Positions 45,601-53,000 of a stretch of DNA of 64,000 bases are shown one piece after another; positions within the stretch are counted from its first letter, which is position 1, and the number at the start of each line of letters is the position of its first letter. Below the pieces are notes generated by a model. That model was not told the DNA's origin, did no database searches, and saw nothing but the letters and a program-made list of their open reading frames with translations. Position numbers and translations under genes: made by a program. Origin of the DNA: Opitutia bacterium (GTDB lineage: Bacteria > Verrucomicrobiota > Verrucomicrobiia > Opitutales > Opitutaceae); NCBI GenBank assembly GCA_016199925.1, contig JACQFT010000115.1, positions 14,250 through 78,249 of the forward strand, read 5' to 3'.

Positions 45601-47010
45601 CGCCGCGGTCTGGTTCCAGTCGACGAGAAGTTGCTGGCGCTCCGAACCCGTGAGCATGGGGAGTTTGGCAACAGGCTGTTCGGCGTCGATGGCGACGGCC
45701 TGCAGAACGGTTTCAAAGTGGAGCAGCAGCCGGCGAATCGTCGAGAGGTCGAACAGGTCGGAATCGTATTCGGCGCGGACCGCGAGGCCGAGGGCGCTGT
45801 CGACGAGGTAAAGCGTGAGGTCGATCTTCGCGGTGCCGGAATCGAGTTCGAGCTGCTCGAGGCGCAGGCCGTCCCAGGCGACGGATTCGAGCGCGGCCCG
45901 TTCGTAGGCGAACATGACCTGGAAGAGCGGAGCGCGGCTGAGCGTGCGCGCGGGCGACAGTTTCTCGACGAGTTTCTCGAACGGCACCTCGTCGTGCGCG
46001 AGCGCGTCGAGCACGGAGGCGCGGACGCGGGCGAGCAGTTCGCGGAACGTCGGGTTGCCGGTCAGGTCGGCGCGGAGGGCGAGCGGGTTGATGAAGAGGC
46101 CGACGAGAGCTTCGGTTTCCTTGCGGTGGCGGCCGGCGACGGGCGTGCCGACGAGGAAGTCGCTCTGGCCGGTGTGCCGGTGGAGCACGACCTGAAACGC
46201 GGCGAGCAACGTCATGAAAAGCGTGGCGCCTTGGCTCCGGCTAAAATTTTCGAGCGGAGCCCGGAGGTTGCCCGCGAGAGCCAGCGTCTCGACGCGGCCG
46301 TGGCAATGCTGCACGGCGGGACGCGGCCGGTCGGTGGGAAGTTCCAGGGCCGGGAGCTTGCCGGCGAGGCGATGTTTCCACCAGGCGAGTTGGGACGACA
46401 GCGCCTTGGAGCGTTCGCGTTGCCACCCGGCGTAGTCGCCGTATTGGACGGCCAGGTCGGGGAGGAGCGGGGCGCGGACGGCGCGGCGGGCGGTGCAGAC
46501 CGCCGCGAGTTCGCGGAAGAGAACCGTGAGCGACCAACCGTCGAACACGAGGTGGTGCACGTTCAGCACGAAGATGTGCTCGGTGGCGGAGAGGCGGATC
46601 AGCCGGGTGCGGAAAAGCGGTGCGTGCCGGAGGTCGAAGGGTTGCCGGGCCTCTTCGCGGGCGAGCGCGCAAGCCTGGGCTTCGCGGGCGTCGTCCGGCC
46701 GGAGCCGCAGGTCGGTCACCGGAAGCGGCACGGTCAGTTGCGGCGCGACGATCTGCACCGGCTGGCCGTCGCGCAGAGCGAAGGAAGTGCGGAGAACCTC
46801 GTGGCGGGCGACGACGACGTTGATCGCGGCCTCGAGTTCCGCGGCTTCGATCCGGCCGGTGAGGCGCACCGCGACCGGGACGTTGTAGATCGCGCGGCCC
46901 GGCAGCAACTGGTCGAGAAACCACAGGCGTTGCTGGGCGGAGGAGGCCGGGAAAAAATAGTCGCCGTCGGCGGACCGAGCGGCTGCGGCAGTGGTGTTCG
47001 CAGAATCCAT
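42619..47010 (-). CDS. NRPS module C-A(MOx)-T with a luciferase-like monooxygenase domain inserted in the adenylation domain
   Basis: C: SSAQQRLWFLDQL, HHLVFDGWS. A-N: SAYVIYTSGSTGQPKGV, ISFDISVLE. Then ~340 aa of LLM-like sequence (IDFGLLYFAS..., FSAVWTPERHF, SIVLPLHNPLRVAEEWAVVDNLSHGR, VDEIACLIDFG). A resumes with NMYGPTETT, YRTGDRVRF, NGKIDR. T: FFDLGGHSLR. Specificity residues are DILQLGMVWK (Gly-like). Confidence 0.93.
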   Translation of the reverse strand: MDSANTTAAAARSADGDYFFPASSAQQRLWFLDQLLPGRAIYNVPVAVRLTGRIEAAELEAAINVVVARHEVLRTSFALRDGQPVQIVAPQLTVPLPVTDLRLRPDDAREAQACALAREEARQPFDLRHAPLFRTRLIRLSATEHIFVLNVHHLVFDGWSLTVLFRELAAVCTARRAVRAPLLPDLAVQYGDYAGWQRERSKALSSQLAWWKHRLAGKLPALELPTDRPRPAVQHCHGRVETLALAGNLRAPLENFSRSQGATLFMTLLAAFQVVLHRHTGQSDFLVGTPVAGRHRKETEALVGLFINPLALRADLTGNPTFRELLARVRASVLDALAHDEVPFEKLVEKLSPARTLSRAPLFQVMFAYERAALESVAWDGLRLEQLELDSGTAKIDLTLYLVDSALGLAVRAEYDSDLFDLSTIRRLLLHFETVLQAVAIDAEQPVAKLPMLTGSERQQLLVDWNQTAAEFPSDQTVHGLIAAQTDRMPDAPAVVGGDETLSYRELDRRAARLAQHLRALGIGPGQLVGICVERSAAMVVGLLGILRSGGAYVPLDPNFPAARLAYIVRDSGAGVVLTQKKFLGLLAGAKVRPVCLDEPVDANDAGAASPAPASGPADSAYVIYTSGSTGQPKGVVVTHRNIVNFFAGMDRALGTETPAGSAPGCWLAVTTISFDISVLELFWTLTRGFKVVIHAEGAASAPIAGAPALAKTIDFGLLYFASDAESSADGADKYRLLLEGAKFADRHGFSAVWTPERHFHAFGGLFPNPAVTGAAVAAVTSRVAVRAGSIVLPLHNPLRVAEEWAVVDNLSHGRAGVAFASGWHDRDFALAPDNFPHRRQVLENNIAVVRRLWRGESVRLPSGSNADIEVAIHPRPCQAELPVWLTASGQPETFRKAGELGANVLTHLLGQSFAELAEKIRVYREARRAHGHDPEKGTVTLMLHTFVGPDDAAVRETVRGPLCAFLRQSADLVRSLTDQPTDGSGVPFSAAELAAHIAAAFDRYFESHGLFGSPESCVETIERMKSLGVDEIACLIDFGVATDAVLAGLPHLHRLKLLCDERSRTRVAVPPRSVAEQIIHHGITHLQCTPSLAKSLVATPAARAALRRLRRLLVGGEPLPVPLAEQLHHGLPGRVCNMYGPTETTVWSTVHRLETIGATIPLGRPIANTRLYVLDAHLQPVPIGVPGELCIGGASVAAGYWQRPELTAEKFLPDPFVGEPGARIYRTGDRVRFRANGELEFLGRLDHQVKIRGHRVELGEIEGVLLRFPGVRDCVVVARPDDAGDQQLIAYLAATPAPVVENPRRFLGGHLPDYMVPATYVMLDRLPLTPNGKIDRAALPEPGSARPGLATAYSAPHAGTEQAIAEIWSRVLHVKHPGADDNFFDLGGHSLRVAQVQTLLQEKLGRTLPLLALFQYPTIRSLARCLGEPSAPDPLHAQASARAQRQRSVRPRKPAPVAAVPP
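43830..44880 (-). other. Luciferase-like (FMN-dependent, MupA/MtaG-MOx-type) monooxygenase domain embedded between A-domain cores A4 and A5
   Basis: Bounded upstream by FDISVLELFW (A4) and downstream by NMYGPTETT (A5). The internal sequence shows TIM-barrel LLM hallmarks. Boundaries are approximate, mapped from KTIDFGLLYF (~44877) to LHRLKLLCDE (~43825). Confidence 0.8.
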
Positions 47011-47013
47011 CGG

Positions 47014-50000
47014 TCAGTTTTTCGGAGCGGCGCGGACGGGTTTGGGCGTGCCGGCCGCGGCGGGCCGATACGGCCGCCGGCGCAAGCGCACGATGCCGCC
47101 CGCCGTGCGCCGCGCTTTGGGCCGGCCGGATTTTTGTTCGAGCGCGCGGGCGAGCGCGCCGACAGTCGGGTGTTCGAAAAGACTGCGGACCGACAGCGTG
47201 CTTTGAAATTCCGAGTTGAGGCGCGAGATGACCTGGGCGGCGCGCAGCGACTGGCCGCCGAGCGCGAAGAAATCATCCTGGGCGCCGATGCCGCCGCGGC
47301 CGAGGACCTCGCCCCAGATGCGCGAGATGATTTTCTCGGTCTCGCTCGCCGGGGCGGCGAAGGGCGGGGCGGAGTCGCGGCCGAGTTTGTCGGGCCGGGG
47401 CAAGCGGGCGCGGTCGACTTTGCCGTTGGCCGTCAGCGGCCACCGGGTCACGTGGACGAAGGCGGCCGGCACCATGTGGGAGGGCAGGCGCCCGCGCAGC
47501 AGTTGGGCGAGTTCGCGCGGCGCGGGCGGGTCTTGGTCGGCCTCGGTCTGGAAATAGGCGACGAGATGAATCTGGCCGGTGCCGTCGTCGTGCGCGGCGA
47601 CCAGACATTCCTGCACGGCGCGGTGGGTTTGCAGGACGGATTCGATTTCGGCCGGCTCGATCCGGTGTCCGCGGATTTTGACCTGCTGGTCGAGGCGGCC
47701 GAGAAATTCCAACTGTCCGTCGGCGTGCCAGCGCACGAGATCGCCGGTGCGGTAGAGGCGCGCGCCGGGTTGGAAAGGATGCGGCACGAACTTTTCGCGG
47801 GTGAATTCGGGCTGATGGTGATAGCCGCGGGCGAGCCCGAGTCCGCCGAGATAGAGTTCGCCCGGCACGCCGACCGGCAGCGGCTGGCGGTGCGGATCGA
47901 GCACATACGCCTGCGTGTTGGCGATGGGGGCGCCGATCGGCGGCGCCGCCAGATGTTTGCTCGCGGTGGCCACCGGCAGCCGAGTGGCGACCACGGTGGT
48001 CTCCGTCGGCCCGTAGTGGTTGACCAGCATGCAGGGCAATTTTTCTCCGGGCCACCGGCGGAGACGGTCGCCGCCGGTGAGGATGGCGCGCAGGGCGGTG
48101 TCCGCCGGCCAGGCGACATCCATCGTCGCCTCCGCCAGCGGCGTCGGGAGGAAACAGAGGGTGATCTGCCGGTTCGCAAGCCACAGCGCCAACTGCGCGG
48201 GGTCGGCGCGGATCTCGTCCGGCGGAATGTGGACGCTCGCACCCGCGGTAAGATACGGCCAGATTTCCCAGCCCGAGGCGTCGAAGGCGGGGCTGGCGAT
48301 CTGGGTCGCCCGATCGTGCGCGGTGATCTGATAGGTCCGCTGGTGCCACGCGATGAGATTGACGAGGCTGCGGTGCTGGATCGCCACGCCTTTGGGTGTC
48401 CCGGTCGAGCCGGAGGTGTAGATGACGTAGGCGAGATGATCGGGACTCGAGAGAGCCGTCGTCGCCACCACGGTCTCCGGCGGCGAGGAGAAGGCGAGGA
48501 CGTCGTCGACGGAAACGATGCGGGAAGGACCGGCGGCAAAAACCCCGGCGAGCCGGCTCTGCGTGATCAGCACCGGCGCCTGCGCGTCTTTCAGCATGAG
48601 GGCCTGGCGCTCCGCCGGATATTCCGGATCCAGCGGCACGTAGGCCCCGCCGGTTTTCAGCACGGCGAGCAGGCTGACGACAAAGTCCACCGAGCGCGGC
48701 AGGCACACGCCGACGCAAACTTCCGGGCCGACACCGAGCAAAAGCAGCCGGCGGGCCAGAGTGTTGGCCTGCAAATTCAGGTCGCGGTAAGTCACATGCC
48801 GGCGCTGGTCGACGACGGCCACGGCATCGGGCGTGCGCGCCGCCTGTTTCTCGAACAAGTGGTGGACGCAGAGAATCTCGTCGCAGTCGGCCTCCGTCCG
48901 GTTCCATTCGAGCAGAATGCGATGGCGCTCGGCCGGCGTGAGCAGCGGGAGTGCGCTGATCGGCGCTTCCGGATGTTCGGTGAAGCCGTGCAGCAGCGTG
49001 ACGAGGTGGCCGAGCATGCGGCCGACGGTCTCGTCGTCGAAGCGCAACGGATCGTAGAGGAGGCGGAGCGAGAGTTCGTCGCCGCCGACGGCGTCGAGCG
49101 CGAGCGGATAACTCGGCTGGCTGCGGATGCCGAAACGCCGGCGCCGCCAGACGCCGCCCTGGGCTCTCAGGGCCTGGTCCCAGCTCGGTTCCTGATAGTT
49201 GACGATGCTCTCGAACAGCGGCGTGCCGCGCGGGACATCGGTCCAGCCCTGCAGCTCGGTGAGCGGAGTGTTTTCGTAAGGCCGCAGCGCGGTCCAGAAT
49301 TCGCGCAGCGCCTGCAGCCACACGACGGCGCTCTGCGTCGGCGGCAGCGCCACGCGGACGGGCACGGTGTTGATGAGCAGCCCGACGATGGATTCTGCAT
49401 TCTCCACCGTCGTGTGCCGGCAGGCGCGCACGGCGCCAAAGACCACGTTGTCCTCGCCGCTGTAGCGGCCGAGAAGCAGGGCCCACGCGCCCTGGATGAG
49501 CGTGTTCAGCGTCAGGCCGTGCCGGTGCGCGAATTGTTTCATCGTCGCGTGGCGCGCCGCCGGGAGCGTGAGCTCGCGTCCGCGGTGCACGGAGAGTTCG
49601 GCGGGCGCCGCGGCGGAGACGCTCTTCGCGCCGGGCAACGGCGTCGGCGAACCGAATCCCCGCAGCACGCGGCGCCAGAAAATCTCGGCGTCGCCCCAGT
49701 CGAGCGTCTGCAACCAGTCGATGTAGTGGCGATAGTCGACCGGTGGCGCGACCGCGGGTTCGCCGCCGATCCGGAACGTGTCGCTCGCCGCGAAAACTTC
49801 CGCGAGCAGGATCGCCAACCCGCGCCCGTCGAGCAGCAGGTGGTGGAACGTGAACACGACGCGGTGTTCGTGGTCGCCGGTCTGCGCGACGGCGACCCGC
49901 CAGAGCGGCGCCTGGTCCGGGGCAAAGCCGCGGGCGCGGTCGGCGGCGAGCAGCTCCTCCCACTGGCGCTCGCGCTCGGCGGGGCGCGCCGCGCGCCAGT

Positions 50001-50289
50001 CGTGCCAGACGATTTGTGGCGACACCTCCGCGTTGACGACCTGCCGCGGCTGCCCGGATTCTTCCCGGTGAAACGAGGTGCGCAGGATGGCGTGCCGTTG
50101 CGCGGCCCAGCGCCAGGCCCGCTCGAAGGCCGCGAGTTTCAACGGTTCCGGGAGCGTGATCAGCAGTTGCTCCACATCCACTCCGGGCCGCGGGGCGAAC
50201 GTGCTGTGAAACAACATTCCCTGCTGCATGGGCGAGAGTGGGTAGGCGTCGTTCAACTGGGCCAGCGGCATGGGGCGGTCGGATTTCAC
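47014..50289 (-). CDS. NRPS module C-A-T (first gene of the assembly line)
   Basis: C: YPLSPMQQGMLFHS, HHLLLDGRG. A: LAYVIYTSGSTGTPKGV, FDAS, NHYGPTETT, YRTGDLVRW, NGKVDR. T: FFALGGQSLR. Specificity residues are DAWFLGHVVK (closest to Leu-type DAWFLGNVVK). The codon at 50289 is GTG. An alternative ATG (MPLAQL) lies at 50271. Confidence 0.92.
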   Translation of the reverse strand: MKSDRPMPLAQLNDAYPLSPMQQGMLFHSTFAPRPGVDVEQLLITLPEPLKLAAFERAWRWAAQRHAILRTSFHREESGQPRQVVNAEVSPQIVWHDWRAARPAERERQWEELLAADRARGFAPDQAPLWRVAVAQTGDHEHRVVFTFHHLLLDGRGLAILLAEVFAASDTFRIGGEPAVAPPVDYRHYIDWLQTLDWGDAEIFWRRVLRGFGSPTPLPGAKSVSAAAPAELSVHRGRELTLPAARHATMKQFAHRHGLTLNTLIQGAWALLLGRYSGEDNVVFGAVRACRHTTVENAESIVGLLINTVPVRVALPPTQSAVVWLQALREFWTALRPYENTPLTELQGWTDVPRGTPLFESIVNYQEPSWDQALRAQGGVWRRRRFGIRSQPSYPLALDAVGGDELSLRLLYDPLRFDDETVGRMLGHLVTLLHGFTEHPEAPISALPLLTPAERHRILLEWNRTEADCDEILCVHHLFEKQAARTPDAVAVVDQRRHVTYRDLNLQANTLARRLLLLGVGPEVCVGVCLPRSVDFVVSLLAVLKTGGAYVPLDPEYPAERQALMLKDAQAPVLITQSRLAGVFAAGPSRIVSVDDVLAFSSPPETVVATTALSSPDHLAYVIYTSGSTGTPKGVAIQHRSLVNLIAWHQRTYQITAHDRATQIASPAFDASGWEIWPYLTAGASVHIPPDEIRADPAQLALWLANRQITLCFLPTPLAEATMDVAWPADTALRAILTGGDRLRRWPGEKLPCMLVNHYGPTETTVVATRLPVATASKHLAAPPIGAPIANTQAYVLDPHRQPLPVGVPGELYLGGLGLARGYHHQPEFTREKFVPHPFQPGARLYRTGDLVRWHADGQLEFLGRLDQQVKIRGHRIEPAEIESVLQTHRAVQECLVAAHDDGTGQIHLVAYFQTEADQDPPAPRELAQLLRGRLPSHMVPAAFVHVTRWPLTANGKVDRARLPRPDKLGRDSAPPFAAPASETEKIISRIWGEVLGRGGIGAQDDFFALGGQSLRAAQVISRLNSEFQSTLSVRSLFEHPTVGALARALEQKSGRPKARRTAGGIVRLRRRPYRPAAAGTPKPVRAAPKN

Positions 50290-50499
50290 GCATCAAACTA
50301 TCCGGTTCCGGACAAATTCCGAAGTGGGTGATGACCTGATGCCCCCCGGTTAAAAACCCCAGTCCGGGTGGCGATCCGGCCGCGCGCCGCCGCGAAAGCG
50401 GGCACAGTCCCCATCGCCGGAAAAACGCTCCGCCGCTATTTTCCAACGGTGCAACGCCGCCCGGCCGACGATTTCCACCGCTTCCACCACGAACGCTCC

Positions 50500-51672
50500 A
50501 TGGCGAACCGCCCCAACATTGTCTCCGGCGACCCCGCGGCCGTGTCGGAGCGCGCAGATTGTTCCACCGGACACTTGCCCGTGGCGATTCTCGGCGTGCC
50601 GATCGATCCGCTGACGGTGGAGAGTGCGATCGGGCGGCTGGAGCAACTGGTGGACGGACGCGCCCCGGCGTATGCCGTGACCCCGAACGTGGATTTTCTC
50701 GTGCAGGCGCGCCGGGACACGGAGCTGCGCGAAATCCTGCTCGAAGCCGACCTCGTGCTCTGCGACGGCCAGCCGCTCGTGTGGGCCTCGCGCTGGCTGG
50801 GCAATCCGCTGCCCGAGCGCGTGGCCGGCGCGGATCTCGTGCCGCGTTTCGTCGCCCGCGCGGCGCAACGGGGTTACCGGCTCTTTCTGCTCGGGGCCGG
50901 GCCGGAGGCAAACGACGCCGCGGCGGCGCGCCTGCGTGCGCAGCATCCCGCGCTTGTGATCGCCGGAAATTACGCGCCGCCTTTCCGCCCGCTGGCGGAA
51001 ATGGACAACGGCGACATCGCGCGGCGCATCCGGGCCGCGCAGCCCGACGTCGTGCTCGTGTCGTTCGGTTGTCCGAAGCAGGAAAAGTGGATCGCGCGGA
51101 ACTACCGCGCGCTCAGGGTGCCGGTGTGCCTCGGGGTCGGCGCCACGATCGATTTTCTCGCCGGGCGCATGCGGCGCGCGCCGCGCTGGATGCGGCGCAC
51201 GGGACTCGAGTGGGTTTTCCGGCTGGCGCAGGAACCCGGCCGGCTGGGCCGCCGTTACGCCGACGATCTCCGCTGTTTCGGCGGAGCGATCTTCGCCCAA
51301 TGGTGGCGCCTCGGGCGGAAGCGCGGGGAAAAAAATCCGCCAGGGGCGGTGACGATCACCGGGCAGGGCGGGCCGTGGCAACGCGCGCGGGTCACCGGCC
51401 ACCTTGACCGGCCGGCGATCGAGCGGCACGTGGCGGTGTGGCGGCGGATCGGCGGCGAAGGACGCGACTGCCGTCTCGATCTCGCGTGGGTGGATTTCGT
51501 CGACAGCACCGGAGTCGCGCTGTTGGCGGCGTTGCAAAAACAATTCCACCGGGGCGGCCGCCGGCTCGCGCTGTGCCGGCCGAGCAACGCGGTGCGGCGA
51601 GCGTTCGGGCAGCTCGGCCTGCTCGGCTACTTCGAGCTGCTGCCGGGAAAAGCGGAGAGCGGACCGGCGTGA
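50500..51672 (+). CDS. WecG/TagA/CpsF-family (GT26) glycosyltransferase fused to a C-terminal STAS domain
   Basis: GT26 motifs: ILGVPIDPLT, VTPNVDFLV, LVLCDGQPLVWASRW, FLLGAGPE, VLVSFGCPKQEKWI, VCLGVGATIDFLAGRMRRAPRWMRRTGLEWVFRLAQEP. C-terminal ~105 aa STAS: RLDLAWVDFVDSTGVALLAAL...RLALCRPSNAVRRAFGQLGL. Start at the internal ATG 50500. Confidence 0.85.
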   Translation: MANRPNIVSGDPAAVSERADCSTGHLPVAILGVPIDPLTVESAIGRLEQLVDGRAPAYAVTPNVDFLVQARRDTELREILLEADLVLCDGQPLVWASRWLGNPLPERVAGADLVPRFVARAAQRGYRLFLLGAGPEANDAAAARLRAQHPALVIAGNYAPPFRPLAEMDNGDIARRIRAAQPDVVLVSFGCPKQEKWIARNYRALRVPVCLGVGATIDFLAGRMRRAPRWMRRTGLEWVFRLAQEPGRLGRRYADDLRCFGGAIFAQWWRLGRKRGEKNPPGAVTITGQGGPWQRARVTGHLDRPAIERHVAVWRRIGGEGRDCRLDLAWVDFVDSTGVALLAALQKQFHRGGRRLALCRPSNAVRRAFGQLGLLGYFELLPGKAESGPA

Positions 51673-52817
51673 ACATCGGACTGTCGACCTCCGTCATCCA
51701 GCGCGGCCGGAGCGGCGTGGCCCAGTATGTTTTTTCTCTCCTGCGCGCCATGCTGCCGCTGGCCGGCCGGCACCGCTTCACGCTTTTCGTGCTGGAGGAA
51801 GACTTGCCGCTGTTCCGTTTTGCCGCGCGGGCGGCGGAGCTGGTGCCCGTCGCCGAGCGCCACCGCGCCCCGATGCGCGACATCGTGTGGCACCAGACCG
51901 TGCTGCCGAAATTGGCGGCGCAGCACGCGCTCGACGTGCTGCATGTGCCCAGTTACCGGCGGATGCTGCGGGCGGCCCCGTGCGCGCTGGTGGCGACGAT
52001 CCACGACCTCGCGCCGTTTCATTTGCCCGGCAAATACGATTGGCCGCGCATGATCTACGGACGGGTGGTGGCGCGCCGGCTCGCCCGGCGACAAGACCGC
52101 ATCATCGCCGTCAGCCGGGCGACCGCGCTGGACATCAGCCGGTTTTTCCAGGTCGCGCCGGAGAGAATCGACATCATTCCCAACGGCGTGGACCACTCGC
52201 GGTTTTTCCCAGCCCCCGCAGCCGGCGCGAAATCGTGGGCGGCCCACTGCGGAGTCAGGAAGCCGTTTTTTCTCTACGTCGCGCGGCTGGAACACCCGGG
52301 GAAGAACCACGTGCGCCTCATCGAGGCCTTCAACGGCTTCAAGCGCGCGACGCGGTCGGATTGGCAACTGGTGCTCGGGGGCAGCGACTGGCACGGGGCC
52401 GAGGCGATCCACGAGGCGGTGCGCCGCTCGCCCTACGCCGACGACATCCGCCGGCTCGGATTTGTGCGCGAGGCCGAACTGCCGCATTGGTATCTGGCGG
52501 CCGATGCATTTGTTTTTCCGTCGCTCTTTGAGGGCTTCGGTCTGCCGCCGCTCGAAGCGATGGCGTCGGGCTGCCCGGTGCTGTGCTCGACGCGCGGATC
52601 GCTGGGCGAAACCGTGGGCGAAGCGGCCGCGCTTGCCGACCCCGAGGACATCGGCGGGATGCAGCAGCAGCTCGCCCGATTGGCCGGCGATGCCGCCTGG
52701 CGCGCGACGCTGCGCGCCGCGGGCCTGAAGCGCGCGCAGGAATTCGACTGGGAGAAATCGGCCGCGGCCACCCTCGCGACTTACGAGACCGCCGCAACGT
52801 TGGGGTGCGCGAAATGA
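51669..52817 (+). CDS. Glycosyltransferase family 4
   Basis: GTG start overlapping the upstream stop (GTGA). VNIGLSTSVIQRGRSGVAQY..., HVPSY, IIAVSRATALDI, VFPSLFEGFGLPPLEAMASGCPVLCS (EX7E). Confidence 0.88.
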   Translation: MNIGLSTSVIQRGRSGVAQYVFSLLRAMLPLAGRHRFTLFVLEEDLPLFRFAARAAELVPVAERHRAPMRDIVWHQTVLPKLAAQHALDVLHVPSYRRMLRAAPCALVATIHDLAPFHLPGKYDWPRMIYGRVVARRLARRQDRIIAVSRATALDISRFFQVAPERIDIIPNGVDHSRFFPAPAAGAKSWAAHCGVRKPFFLYVARLEHPGKNHVRLIEAFNGFKRATRSDWQLVLGGSDWHGAEAIHEAVRRSPYADDIRRLGFVREAELPHWYLAADAFVFPSLFEGFGLPPLEAMASGCPVLCSTRGSLGETVGEAAALADPEDIGGMQQQLARLAGDAAWRATLRAAGLKRAQEFDWEKSAAATLATYETAATLGCAK

Positions 52818-53000
52818 AGAACTGGGGCGATTGCACCAGCGGATAATTTCCCCGTCCGGCCCTGTGCCCGGAGGGTTTCAACTGCGGTAGTTTTCTGTCC
52901 CGACCCGATGCCGCGGCGGCAGCGACTCTCCTATGGTTCCCGCCGACCGGTCGCCGACGCGGCCGGTCGAGCAACAATCGAAACCAACAAGGATACCATC

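Noticed and set aside
43849-50331. 2160-aa ORF on the plus strand, the longest in the track. Similar very long antisense ORFs occur at 32416..36870, 37796..40234, 25976..28690, 2136..4316, 7846..10740, 14792..17251, 18634..21204, 54008..56431, 58194..61127 and 62045..63940.
   Set aside because: All lie antisense to genes with unmistakable domain motifs. Their translations are Arg/Gly/Ala/Pro-rich with no recognisable motif. Stop-free antisense frames are expected in DNA this GC-rich.
50323-50342. Possible sixth copy of the recurrent motif (GTGGGT-GATG-ACCTGA) in the divergent region between the NRPS operon and the GT26-STAS gene.
   Set aside because: The right arm does not complement the left arm, and the ACTGGG tail is absent. 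It is too degenerate to count.
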